Source: an uncultured delta proteobacterium (lineage in GTDB: Bacteria; Desulfobacterota; RBG-13-43-22). From it: a stretch of 64,000 bases of DNA. Of this stretch, positions 19,184-29,556 are shown piece after piece. The translations under genes were made by a program, and so were the position numbers. The stretch spans positions 64,001 through 128,000 of the forward strand of contig CAWJJC010000005.1 of the NCBI GenBank assembly GCA_963843145.1, read 5' to 3'. A model generated the notes under the pieces. That model had not been told where the DNA came from, did not search any database, and worked only from the letters and a program-made list of their open reading frames with translations. The stretch's first letter is position 1. Each line of letters opens with the position of its first letter.

Positions 19184-20452
19184 TTATTCTCCGCGCAGCC
19201 CTGATGATGAAAACATCCAGGCAGAAACCTCTCTCCCCCGATGCGCCTGATGGACCGCTTTTAGAACCGATTGATCACGGCGGAATAGCCGAAGAGGCAT
19301 ACTAGTATAGCAGACTATCGGGCGGCCTAGTCGCAATAAATAACACAGATATATCTTCGGCGAAGACACCGACACTGGATAGAAGCGGGCCATATACTCC
19401 CTTGGCGGAAAAGCTTTTTTTAACACAGCCAGGACTTTACCTTTAATCCCTTTAACTCTTTTTATCTTTGAAAGTGAGCCGATTCTAATTCCAATATACT
19501 GATCTGACGGGCTTATATCAAAAATTTGTTCCAGGGCCTCATCAAAAAAAACAGACTGGTAATCATCGGGCTTTATCGCCGACATTATGTTTTCCGGCGC
19601 CGCCGCTCCCAGCAATTCCTGGACGAGAAGCAACATCAAGTAAACACACTTTTGGCCGCCCCACCGGATGGCCCTCTCAATTAGTACTTGCCAGTCGATT
19701 TTATCTGCGGATGTTTTTATCAATCTGGCGATATCACATAAAGGAATCAAATCTAATCCGGTCTCCAGATTGTCGCAAGCATGGATACACAAATGAAAAA
19801 ATAAATCCTCCGGAGACAAAGCGCGGACCTCTACATTATCCACTTTGATAAGACACGCTCTCTCCCACAACCCGTCAAGATCTACTTTAATGGGTCTATT
19901 CGGAATCACTATATTCCAGTGAAGTTCTATTATCGTCCCTCTATTATTCGCAAAAGGCGGCAGATGATGAATAATCTTTAATGTGTTCTCCCAGGCAGGA
20001 AAATCCTGTTTATAGCCTAGAGTCAGTAGTATCCGCCCAGCCCTGACCAGATCTTCTTCTTTCACTAAAAGATCCATATCAACCATTGGCCTTAAAGCAA
20101 TATCCCCATAGATGCTTTTTGCAAGCGAGAGACCTTTGAGCGCAATGACCGGCAGTCGGTTGTCGGTCAGAGACTTAAGAACTATTGAGGCATCAAAAAA
20201 AAGGCTCGTGTTCCTAGTCGCAACATCTCGGTATACGTCCCTGAGTCTGTTTCTGGCCTCAATGGGGATAAGCTCAGTCGAAATGTTACGGGATTTTATT
20301 TCTCGAAAGAACAATCCCCCCACTTTTAAACGCAGCGCACAATCTACCAGACTCTCCGCATCAGCCGAAGATAATTTTCCCAGCCTGGCTTCTGGTATTC
20401 TTCTACCTGAAAGAAAATCGCATATAAGTCGGCCCCTCTCTTTTTTTTCCAT
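19184..20452 (-). CDS. Nucleotidyltransferase family protein (NTP_transf_5-like)
   Basis: Motifs VIALKGLSLA, YGDIALRPMVDMDLLV, IELHW, HLCIH. Confidence 0.88.
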   Translation of the reverse strand: MEKKERGRLICDFLSGRRIPEARLGKLSSADAESLVDCALRLKVGGLFFREIKSRNISTELIPIEARNRLRDVYRDVATRNTSLFFDASIVLKSLTDNRLPVIALKGLSLAKSIYGDIALRPMVDMDLLVKEEDLVRAGRILLTLGYKQDFPAWENTLKIIHHLPPFANNRGTIIELHWNIVIPNRPIKVDLDGLWERACLIKVDNVEVRALSPEDLFFHLCIHACDNLETGLDLIPLCDIARLIKTSADKIDWQVLIERAIRWGGQKCVYLMLLLVQELLGAAAPENIMSAIKPDDYQSVFFDEALEQIFDISPSDQYIGIRIGSLSKIKRVKGIKGKVLAVLKKAFPPREYMARFYPVSVSSPKIYLCYLLRLGRPIVCYTSMPLRLFRRDQSVLKAVHQAHRGREVSAWMFSSSGLRGE

Positions 20453-20475
20453 ACTAAGTCCTCCAGTCCCTGCGG

Positions 20476-22299
20476 CTAACGATAGGACCGGGCTTGCCTC
20501 TCAAAAAGGTCAGCGTAAACCCCCTGGCGTTTTACTAATTCTTCGTGAGTGCCGCCTTCGATGACCCTTCCGTGTTTCAGCACATAAATGCGGTCAGCCA
20601 GGCGGACATTGGAAAAACGATGACTGATCAGGATGGCGGTTCGACCGGACGCCAGTTGGCGAAACTTCTGAAAGACCTCATATTCCGCCTTCGCGTCCAT
20701 AGAGCTTGTCGGTTCGTCAAGGACAATGATCTGAGCATCGCGCACGAAGGCGCGGGCCAGGGCCACTTTCTGCCACTCCCCTATGCTAAGTTCCTCCCCG
20801 TCCTCGAACCACTTTCCCAGAATCGAATCATACCCATGAGGCAGCCCGCTGATGACGCCATCAGCCCCCGAGCGACGCGCAGCGGCGATGACCTGTTCAT
20901 CATCGGGCGGGAGGACCGTATTCCCAAGCCAGATATTCTCTCGGGCCGTCAGATGGTAGTGTACATAATCCTGAAAAATAATAGCGATTTCGTGTCGTAA
21001 CGCTTTGGTTTCAAACTGGGGTAGACCTATCCCGTCAATGGTAATGGTCCCGCCTGTAGGATCGTACAATCGACACAACAACTTGATCAAAGTCGTCTTG
21101 CCCGAGCCATTTTCCCCCACCAAAGCCACCATTTCTCCCGGCTGGATGGTGAGAGAAATATCCTCAAGAACCTTTCTCGTGCCTGCCGGATACTGAAAAC
21201 TTACATGGCTCAGCACGATACCGCGTTTCATCGGTTGGGGTACTGGGCTGGCCTGAACCGGTTCGACGACTGTCCGTTTTAGCGCCAGGAACTCATAAAG
21301 ATTGGAAAGGAACAGGTTGTCTTCATACAGGCCTGCCAGACTGCCCAATATCCCCTGAAGAGAACCCTGTACGCGCAGAAAGGCCTGATAATTCATCACC
21401 AGATCACCCAAGGTGATCTTCCCAGACGTAGCCTGATAAGCGAGATAAGAAAGCGACCCGTAGATAGCCGCGGTTGTAATGGTCTGGGCCGCCAAATCAG
21501 CGCTGGAACGCCTCCACATGATGTCCAGTCTTCCCTGGCGAAGTTTCCGGCGGGCCTCGCGAAACCGGCTTATGAACAGCGGTCCAAGGTCAAACAGGCG
21601 GATTTCCTTGGCGTGACTGCTGTTGGTGAGCATCCAACTGAGATAGCCGAATTGCCGTTCCGTGGAAGCCTGGTCATGTTGCCAGCGATACATCTTGCCG
21701 GTATATCTGAATCGCACGGCGGCGCCGGAAAAGACGGCAATGAACAGGATTGTCGCGATCATCCAATGAAAGGACAAGAGCAATCCTGCTATCGCCAGCA
21801 CCGAGATTCCGTTTTGACCAATCTGCGTTAAACCATTTACGATACTGATAGGCCGAAAGGGGGCCTCGTGTTGGGCGCGATGAAGGGTGTCAAGGTATTG
21901 CGAACTCTCGTAATACTCCAGATCAACCTCAACAGACTTGGCGAGGAGAACGTCATTCATGTGGTCCGTGACGATAAAAGCCTGCCAGGCACTGACCAGT
22001 CCCGCTGCCGAGCGCATCACAGAAGCAAACAGGGTCGCTGCACCCATCAAGCCAACGAGCAACAGCACCTGTCTGAGAACGACTCCTTTGTCAGGGGCCG
22101 CCACCCCTGCGGTCACGGCGTCGACCATGAGCTTCATGAGATAAAGGGGGAGTAACGACCATACCCCTTGGAGCAAAGTGAGAACCCCGTTCGCTAGGGT
22201 CAACCCTTTCGCGCTCTGCCAGACAAATCGTACGGCGCGACGAAGCTGCAGGGCGCGTTGAATTTTCTGCTTGAGCGCCGCCGCCCGTTCTTTAATCAT
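20476..22299 (-). CDS. ABC exporter, fused permease and ATPase (type common in RiPP clusters)
   Basis: TM domain; GENGSGKTT, LSIGEWQKVALARA, LDEPTSSMD, ISHR. Confidence 0.93.
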   Translation of the reverse strand: MIKERAAALKQKIQRALQLRRAVRFVWQSAKGLTLANGVLTLLQGVWSLLPLYLMKLMVDAVTAGVAAPDKGVVLRQVLLLVGLMGAATLFASVMRSAAGLVSAWQAFIVTDHMNDVLLAKSVEVDLEYYESSQYLDTLHRAQHEAPFRPISIVNGLTQIGQNGISVLAIAGLLLSFHWMIATILFIAVFSGAAVRFRYTGKMYRWQHDQASTERQFGYLSWMLTNSSHAKEIRLFDLGPLFISRFREARRKLRQGRLDIMWRRSSADLAAQTITTAAIYGSLSYLAYQATSGKITLGDLVMNYQAFLRVQGSLQGILGSLAGLYEDNLFLSNLYEFLALKRTVVEPVQASPVPQPMKRGIVLSHVSFQYPAGTRKVLEDISLTIQPGEMVALVGENGSGKTTLIKLLCRLYDPTGGTITIDGIGLPQFETKALRHEIAIIFQDYVHYHLTARENIWLGNTVLPPDDEQVIAAARRSGADGVISGLPHGYDSILGKWFEDGEELSIGEWQKVALARAFVRDAQIIVLDEPTSSMDAKAEYEVFQKFRQLASGRTAILISHRFSNVRLADRIYVLKHGRVIEGGTHEELVKRQGVYADLFERQARSYR

Positions 22300-22335
22300 T
22301 GCCAGGGATCATCCAGCCTTCTGCGGCTTTGATTC

Positions 22336-23922
22336 TTACGCATTCTTACTGATCGTTTCCTGCGTTTCCTCACCGGAGCCTTTTTCAATCGCCTGTTCGA
22401 TCACCTGCCAGAAAGCGCCGGTCAGACTGATGTGAAGCACGTGTGCGGGTATGACCCGGACCAAGGCGCAAAGGTTAAAAAACCGTTCCCGATGCAGAAT
22501 GCGGATTTCCTCTCTGTGCAGGCCCTTGGCCATGAACGATGAGACCTGTCCCACGCACTCCCCGAGCAGGCTGACCGCCTGACCCGGGCCTATTCGTTCC
22601 GCCCGGTCTTCAGCCGCCCGGGCCAGGCAGAAGATGCCCTTAAGCGGCACAGCCTTTTGCACCTCCCAGGCGCCGCCCGGCCCTCCGTCCTGGAAACGGC
22701 TCCAGGTGGGCCAGGGGTGGGCCCAGTAGTTTCCTTGCGGATTTCGTACCACCAGCGTGGTATCGTCGCACAGCGAGCGCCACGGGGCCGGGAGCCGGTT
22801 GCTGGCCGTGGTCTTTCCCGTCCCGCCCGGCGCGGCCAGGATCACTCCCCCGCCGTTCCATTCAGCGAGCGCACCGTGTATGAGGACTCCTCCGCGGGCC
22901 TGCGCCTGGCGAGCCAGGACGAGCGATATTCTCACAAGATTACTGTGCGCCTCCTTAGAGCGATCGCCAGGATTAAGATTGCAGACCACAACGCCGTCTT
23001 TTTTTGATGCCGAGGAGACATAACCATTCGCCACGGACGGGTGCGCGTCAACCCGAACGAGAAGTCGGCACAGATGGTCGTCAAGGGAAGGCTCGATCGC
23101 GCCCGAGGTCGTGCGTAACTGCATCGCGCATCCCAATTGGGCAACGCGGGGGGCAGCCTCCTCGTCCCCGGCCTCAATTACCCAACGGCTTCCATCAGCC
23201 AGCACGAGGTCAGACCACACTCCCTGCGACCGCAGAGGGTTCCTCGTTCGTTGCCGTTCAAAAAAAACTTGCCGGTTCGATCGGTCCTTATCCTGCTGCC
23301 CGGGAAGCGCCTGGCCATCCACAAACAAGTGAAATGGCCGTTGGATCTGCCATTGATGTTTGTAGTTATCGTAACGCCCGATGATACGTTGGCCCAGCAA
23401 AAGTTGAAAATGATCACGGCCTCGGGCGTGGAAGACGACGACTCGCGGCCGGAAGGGAGCAGGCAACAACCGGGCGATCACCCCCCAGTGAGAAAGAGCA
23501 CGATAGGAGGGATGCAGCAGAGGAGACAGCCTACGGTCAAAGAGACGTCGCCAACGAATCCAGCGGCTTGTCAACCGGCCCTGTACCCCGCCTGCGATCT
23601 TCCGCCGTTTCTGACCACGCCAGGCGGCCACTACCTGGCCTTTAATACTCTTCGACTGCAAGAGAAAAGCATCCTCGTGGGAGTTGTTGTCCCCAAGAGT
23701 GGATAGTCCTGCGGGGGTCACGCGTATAATACGGTGTACGACCGGCTGATCAGACTCCGGTGACAGAAAAAAGGCCACATCGCCAACGCGCAAGGGCCTG
23801 CCGTCATAAGGACTGATCTCCATGATCTCCGGCTCGCGCAGAGTCGGATTCATGGAGGGGCCGACATAAGCAGCGAAGAACGGGGCCCCGGAGATATTCC
23901 CGTTATTTTTCTTTAACGGCAT
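22336..23922 (-). CDS. scmC: Fusion of an S24/S26 signal-peptidase-like domain and a ScmC-type HprK-related kinase domain
   Basis: N-terminal GPSMNPTL, GDV, VVHRI, GDNN; C-terminal LIHGAL, APGGTGKTT, LCDD, HPWPTWS. Confidence 0.8.
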   Translation of the reverse strand: MPLKKNNGNISGAPFFAAYVGPSMNPTLREPEIMEISPYDGRPLRVGDVAFFLSPESDQPVVHRIIRVTPAGLSTLGDNNSHEDAFLLQSKSIKGQVVAAWRGQKRRKIAGGVQGRLTSRWIRWRRLFDRRLSPLLHPSYRALSHWGVIARLLPAPFRPRVVVFHARGRDHFQLLLGQRIIGRYDNYKHQWQIQRPFHLFVDGQALPGQQDKDRSNRQVFFERQRTRNPLRSQGVWSDLVLADGSRWVIEAGDEEAAPRVAQLGCAMQLRTTSGAIEPSLDDHLCRLLVRVDAHPSVANGYVSSASKKDGVVVCNLNPGDRSKEAHSNLVRISLVLARQAQARGGVLIHGALAEWNGGGVILAAPGGTGKTTASNRLPAPWRSLCDDTTLVVRNPQGNYWAHPWPTWSRFQDGGPGGAWEVQKAVPLKGIFCLARAAEDRAERIGPGQAVSLLGECVGQVSSFMAKGLHREEIRILHRERFFNLCALVRVIPAHVLHISLTGAFWQVIEQAIEKGSGEETQETISKNA

Positions 23923-25066
23923 GGCCGAGAGTGACCGGTGGAGACTGTTTGGGGCTTGTTGTCAGACGTGAAGTTGGAAAGAGTCCCGCTTCTTCTGCCT
24001 GTTCACAGAACCAGTATGGCGCCCACAGGCTTCCTTTGCTGTAGTAGTTCTGAGCAACGCAAGAGCCCAGGCAGCGCTGCTTCATCAGGCAGCGGCCGCA
24101 GACCCCTTCCAGTCGCTCGGGCATTCCCTCCCGCAGCGCTTTTAAAATGGCGTTTTCCCGCCAGACCCCTTCCAAAAGGTCCTTCCCCACCTCGCCGAAG
24201 ACCAGCTCCGGAACCTGTTCGCCGATACCGCACAGGGCATAGTGTCCGCTGGCGATGACGCCCAGGATGCCGAAGATTCCGCAGGCACTACACCCCTCCC
24301 CTCTGGCGATGCTGTGGAGCGCTTTAAAGGCCTGGGGGTGATGAAAAAAGATCTTCAACTTGGTTTTTGGCGCCAGTTCCTGTTCCAAATGCCGTCCCAA
24401 GGCGATGAGGTCGGCGACGTTCAGGTTCTCCTGGTTTTCATGCAACTTCTCACCTCGTGCGGTGGGCTGCACCACGTTGAACTTGAGTGAGGCCGCACCC
24501 AGTTCCTCGACCATTGGCACCATAGCGTCCACTTGAGGAGCATTGCTGCGCATCACCGTGAAAATCACCTGCGGCCTGGTGCCGGCGGCCACAAGGTTGC
24601 GCACCGCCTGTCGGGCCGCTTCAAAGGCTCCCGGTACCCCGCGTATCCATTCGTGGGTCGCTGCATCCGTTCCGTCGAGACTTACGGATACGAATCGGTT
24701 GGGAGATTTGGCGATCTCAGCGGCGATCTCCGGCGTGCACAGCAGGCCATTGGTCTCGATGATCACCTTTAACTCTTCACGCCGGACAATCTCCAGCAAA
24801 CGCGTGAAGTGGGGATGCAACAACGGTTCGCCACCGGTAAGTTTGACACCACTCAGCCCCAGCGGCTTGGCTTCGCGGATGGCCGTCTCGAACAACTCCA
24901 CCGGCAGGGGGGGATAATGGTTGCCTGCGGGGTCGAACCGGGGACCCATCCAACAATGGCGGCAGGCCAGGTTACACCCTCCGGTCAAATAGAAATACAA
25001 CGTGTTGATCGTGGGCATTCCAGTCCGTCCCGCCTTCTGCTGTTTCATGCCGCTCGGCAGGCTCAT
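23903..25066 (-). CDS. scmF: Radical SAM/SPASM maturase, SynChlorMet ScmF-like
   Basis: YFYLTGGCNLACRHCW, TGGEPLLHP; SPASM Cys motifs CGIFGILG, YALC, CGRC-x5-C-x3-C. Confidence 0.85.
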   Translation of the reverse strand: MSLPSGMKQQKAGRTGMPTINTLYFYLTGGCNLACRHCWMGPRFDPAGNHYPPLPVELFETAIREAKPLGLSGVKLTGGEPLLHPHFTRLLEIVRREELKVIIETNGLLCTPEIAAEIAKSPNRFVSVSLDGTDAATHEWIRGVPGAFEAARQAVRNLVAAGTRPQVIFTVMRSNAPQVDAMVPMVEELGAASLKFNVVQPTARGEKLHENQENLNVADLIALGRHLEQELAPKTKLKIFFHHPQAFKALHSIARGEGCSACGIFGILGVIASGHYALCGIGEQVPELVFGEVGKDLLEGVWRENAILKALREGMPERLEGVCGRCLMKQRCLGSCVAQNYYSKGSLWAPYWFCEQAEEAGLFPTSRLTTSPKQSPPVTLGHAVKEK

Positions 25067-26193
25067 GGAATCGTGCTCCCCTCCTCAAGAAAGCGTCGCA
25101 AACAGGCATCCGGACTGGGATGGTCAACTAAGCCTGTTAGGGCGTAGGCCAATCCGGGACAGTTGCCTGTGCAATAGGGGATATAGGAACAGCCGGCGCA
25201 CCACTCAAACCCGGCCAGCGGGATCGTATGTCGGTTGCGGAGTTGGTTCAGAGCCGGGCTGTTTTGCCATATTTCTGCCAGAGAATCATGATTGATGCGC
25301 CCCAATTCGACATGAGCTAACAGGTTGCAGGGAACGATTGCGCCATCGGCGCGCACGGAGATCTTGTTGCTCGGGCAGCCGCAGGCGGTGAGGCGGCCCC
25401 CATGGGGAAAGGCCGGCTGGCCCTGTGCCCGGGCCTCTTCCATCCGGCGCCACATGCGCCCTTCAGCCAATGGACCGGCGTTGGCCGAGATGCGTCCGTT
25501 GTATTTCTCCGCGAGGCGCAACAAGGTCGCTATGGCTGTCTGCCGATCCTGCTTGTTCAGCAGCACATCTTCCGCGTTCAGGCAGCAACTGCCCAGATAC
25601 CCCGCAGCGTTGGTCCCAAAATCCGTCAGGCCCAGCTCGTCCAGAATGAAGTGAGCGATGCTCTCCAGATCATGCACGTTATTCCGATGAATGGTGACAC
25701 GCACGGCCACGCTGATCCGATGGCGCTGCAGGGTACGGATGCCGCGTATCGCGCCGTCAAAAGAGCCTTGCCCGCGACAGGAGTCGTGGACTTCTGCGCA
25801 GGAACCATCCACCGATACCTGGACATACTCGCAGCGCCCTGTGCGGGCGATGAAGGCGGCGATCTCATCGCCTATCAGCGCGCCATTGGACAACAGGGAG
25901 AAGCGCATCCGATTGCGAACGATACCCTCAAGGAGTACGGGCAGGTCCTCCCGGATAAACGGCTCTCCGCCGGCCAGGATGACTTTCATCACGCCGAGCG
26001 ACCCCAGTTCGTCGAAAAACTTGAGCCACTCGTCCGCAGGCAGGTCTCGATAAATGACAGCCGGATTGTTGAAGAAGTAACAGTAACGGCAGCGCAGATT
26101 GCAGCGGGCGGTGATTTCCATGATCAGGCTGCGCGGGGTACGCATCACCCTTGACGCGGTGGGTTCTATCTTGTTCTTGAGTTCCTCAGGCAT
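25063..26193 (-). CDS. scmE: Radical SAM/SPASM maturase, SynChlorMet ScmE-like
   Basis: MRTPRS, ITARCNLRCRYCY, GGEPF, LTACGC, VPC, CAGCSYIPYCTGNCP. Confidence 0.87.
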   Translation of the reverse strand: MPEELKNKIEPTASRVMRTPRSLIMEITARCNLRCRYCYFFNNPAVIYRDLPADEWLKFFDELGSLGVMKVILAGGEPFIREDLPVLLEGIVRNRMRFSLLSNGALIGDEIAAFIARTGRCEYVQVSVDGSCAEVHDSCRGQGSFDGAIRGIRTLQRHRISVAVRVTIHRNNVHDLESIAHFILDELGLTDFGTNAAGYLGSCCLNAEDVLLNKQDRQTAIATLLRLAEKYNGRISANAGPLAEGRMWRRMEEARAQGQPAFPHGGRLTACGCPSNKISVRADGAIVPCNLLAHVELGRINHDSLAEIWQNSPALNQLRNRHTIPLAGFEWCAGCSYIPYCTGNCPGLAYALTGLVDHPSPDACLRRFLEEGSTIP

Positions 26194-26486
26194 CCGTCAT
26201 TCTTCTCTCCAGTTCCAGCCCCACAAACCCGTTTTCAAGCAGCGTGTCAACGAAGGCGGCGATCTCTTGCGAAGGCCGCCTCCGGAGTTTCTTCAAATTT
26301 GTTTTTGATCTCCGTCACGATATCCTCGATGCTTCTCTTGCCGTCCATCCGTTTCCATACCGCTACACCGACAGGATTGGTTCCCACGGCATCAGCCGTA
26401 TCGGGATTGAAGAGTACGGCCCAGTCGTCGAACTCCTCCCGGAGCACAACGATGGGATTGGCAATCGGTTTATCCGTTTTTTTCAT
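26186..26486 (-). CDS. scmD: PqqD-family RiPP recognition element (ScmD-like); one frameshift near 26270 as sequenced
   Basis: NPIVVLREEFDDWAVLFNPDT, NPVGVAVW, DG; another frame supplies QEIAAFVDTLLENGF with a stop overlapping the scmE start. Confidence 0.85.
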
Positions 26487-26703
26487 GGATCATTTCCTCT
26501 ATTTATTACCTTAGTGGCAACGAAGCCGCCTGAAATCCCGTCAAAGACATGAGTCCCGTCAATCTCGAGCGATCGTTCCGGAACATCCTCGCCATAACGC
26601 TGCTTTCGGCTTGGAAAAATTATAATCGCTGAAAATAGCGTTAGCGTGTCAGGCAGCCGAAGTGCGTTCTCCTACCTGCTGCTGCCGGCCGTGCAATCAC
26701 CTA

Positions 26704-27192
<489 letters not shown>

Positions 27193-27342
27193 TTACCTCC
27201 ATGGATGCTGGTTTGGATTGTATCGTGGATTTCTTGCTTGGGTCAGGATTCCGCACTCGTTTACCACTTCGGTGGCAATTATTGCCCGTTATTTTTCCTG
27301 CGTTTCCGTACTTTTGGTATCCATTGGGTGTCAGATAACCAC

Positions 27343-27382
27343 TCACTTTCTATAAAGTGAACCAGAACAAAAAAATTGTCAA
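27343..27382 (-). promoter_or_regulatory. Candidate promoter/operator of the RiPP operon
   Basis: Perfect TTGACA (27377-27382) with a weak -10, overlapped by the palindrome TCACTTT-N4-AAAGTGA (27343-27360). Confidence 0.4.
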
Positions 27383-27439
27383 GTTGTTTTTGGCGTCCAC
27401 CGCAATTCCCCATTTTCCCTTTGAGCGCCTTAAGTTGCC

Positions 27440-29140
27440 TTAAGAGGTCCCCTTCCAGTCCACCCTCGAGAATCTTAGGAACGAGTGATCGGTATATTGT
27501 TTTTCACTAAGCGTCTGCAAGACGAAATCCTGTTCGAGGGATGTGGCCTGGGTTGGATTGCCTGTATCATATCTGATCTCCTGAACAACGTAAATCTGCC
27601 GGTAAAGATGACGGTTCATTTCGTTCAAAATACGGGATTTTTCAGCGTTTGCCGTTTGAAAATAAATTGCCCCCAAATTGTAGATCAGATATTGGCTTGG
27701 GGTTTCAGTGATCAAGAGAATCTCATGAGCAGCCTGCCGCTGATTGAGAAAATCCACGATCATCTTGTGAGCCCGATACCACTCCATGCTTTTTGGAAAA
27801 AGGTTTTCTTGTCCCAGGGGCTCATAATAGATAAAGGTTAGAATGGTAAATAGTAACAAAATCTGCGGATGTAAAAAAATCTTGCGAAAATAGGCGGCCG
27901 CTACGGGAATTGCCAGGATCAATATCGAAATGGGCAAAATATACATCCGCGCGCATTCGGGTCGATTGGGTTTACTCCAAAAATACATAGTGTTTATAAA
28001 AAACATGCCCGCCCCGATCATCGCAATATAAATAAACGCAATTCGACCCTCAGCCGTTAGCTTTGATTGTTTAGAGACAAGTTGAAAGATCAGAAACGCA
28101 ACTGCCGGCAACGACAAAGCCAGCAGCGCGGTAGGATAGGAGTAGAACCAACCACCATCAGACAATACAGAGCGCCAGGCCTCTAAGTTTGGGATAATGA
28201 ACCGTGGGTGGAAAACATGATCGGTCCACTGCTCCGAAGTACGACTCACCACGAATAGCTGCACAAGGGATGGCGAAATCAAAAGAGGGCTTAGCCCAAA
28301 GAAAAGATTTCTAGATAAATCTGCACCACGTAACTTCTGAAAGGCGAGCAACAGAAGGAACAAGAATGGGGGGATTAACAGCCCCTCGCTTCTACTGAGT
28401 CCTATAAGGAGCGCGGTCAGCCATAAGACGTTAAACAATGGTGTCGAAGGTTTGCTTAAAAACGCGACCAATAGGGCGATGGACATAGCGAACAACGTCA
28501 GAAAAAGCGGCTCAGTGCCACCGGACGTCTCGGATTGGAGGAGACAAGGAATCGAAAAAACAAGGAACACCCCGCTGATTCCCCAGATTCGCCCGTACTT
28601 CAGGCCAAATAAGAGATATACCGTCGCGGCGGAGACGAAAAAAAGAAGAAAATTGAGAAGAAACGAGTTCCAATAGTGATAACCCGTCAAGATATGAAGG
28701 ACCTGAACCAGGAAAGGGAACAATGGCGGCCGACGATCGAAGGAGAAAACCTCGGGGTTCAAATGATTGAAAAAATAACGGCCAATCTCTGGAACTGCAA
28801 AAATTTTTCTGAAAGCGAAGGACCAAGAAACCCCCACGAAATTTGTCTCATCGCTCAAAACCTTGAATTCGGGGGGGCTGACCCAAAAATATCCGCAAAC
28901 CAGAACAAAGATGAGCAACAGGCTCCAGTAGTGGTCCTTCAAGAAAACTGTCAGGGAAAAATTCAGATGACGGGCCGCCCGGTACGCAGAGACGCACCAA
29001 AAAAGAACAGCGGTAAGAGTCAGATAATAAGAGGCGGACCTAAGAAAAATTGGACGGAATGCGGGTACCCATATCAATGCAAAAAATATAGCAGCTTGCG
29101 GAAAAAATAGCCACCATGTCTGCCATCTCAGAATAGCCAT
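27440..29140 (-). CDS. Large polytopic membrane protein (GT-C fold glycosyltransferase-like); likely start MAILRW at 29140
   Basis: About 12 hydrophobic segments; SDE in the first loop, RPPLFP motif; the upstream ORF extension translates IS91 debris. Confidence 0.65.
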   Translation of the reverse strand: MAILRWQTWWLFFPQAAIFFALIWVPAFRPIFLRSASYYLTLTAVLFWCVSAYRAARHLNFSLTVFLKDHYWSLLLIFVLVCGYFWVSPPEFKVLSDETNFVGVSWSFAFRKIFAVPEIGRYFFNHLNPEVFSFDRRPPLFPFLVQVLHILTGYHYWNSFLLNFLLFFVSAATVYLLFGLKYGRIWGISGVFLVFSIPCLLQSETSGGTEPLFLTLFAMSIALLVAFLSKPSTPLFNVLWLTALLIGLSRSEGLLIPPFLFLLLLAFQKLRGADLSRNLFFGLSPLLISPSLVQLFVVSRTSEQWTDHVFHPRFIIPNLEAWRSVLSDGGWFYSYPTALLALSLPAVAFLIFQLVSKQSKLTAEGRIAFIYIAMIGAGMFFINTMYFWSKPNRPECARMYILPISILILAIPVAAAYFRKIFLHPQILLLFTILTFIYYEPLGQENLFPKSMEWYRAHKMIVDFLNQRQAAHEILLITETPSQYLIYNLGAIYFQTANAEKSRILNEMNRHLYRQIYVVQEIRYDTGNPTQATSLEQDFVLQTLSEKQYTDHSFLRFSRVDWKGTS

Positions 29141-29259
29141 AAATTCCCCACAGAGAATCTTTGACACGAACTTGCCTATCCTTGGAGAGAATATAGGGCA
29201 AGGAAAAGGTTGGGTCAAGGAGAAAAAAGTCTGGGAAACAGGAAGAAGTAAGGATTCTT

Positions 29260-29550
29260 CAAAATAGATCTTTTGAATCAGCCGAGCCCAATTTCGGTTG
29301 GGTATAGCGTTCTCCTCTGGTTCTATGGTACAGGGGATGGGTGCATCCTTATTTTCCTTTTGACGAAGCCCCCCGAGAGACATTACTATAAAAACCATAG
29401 TTTCGTGCCATTTGTTCTCTCTGATCGGAGAGATGAGCGGTCAAGGCGGCCAGCCGATCTAAGGCGTCGAAGATTTTTTCTTGTCGATTGTCTTTGGGGT
29501 GGTAGATGATCCGGGACTCTTCCGGGGATAGGTCATTCGTTCTTGAAAGA
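29260..29550 (-). pseudogene. IS91-family (Y2) transposase C-terminal remnant
   Basis: IIYHPKD, EKIFDALDRLA, EQMARNYGFYSNVSRG, then NWARLIQKIY in another frame. Confidence 0.7.
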
Positions 29551-29556
29551 GGCATC

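Noticed and set aside
29141-29398. 86-aa N-terminal extension of the 652-aa ORF
   Set aside because: Translates IS91 transposase debris (NWARLIQKIY) and spacer. The hydrophobic protein begins at MAILRW (29140).
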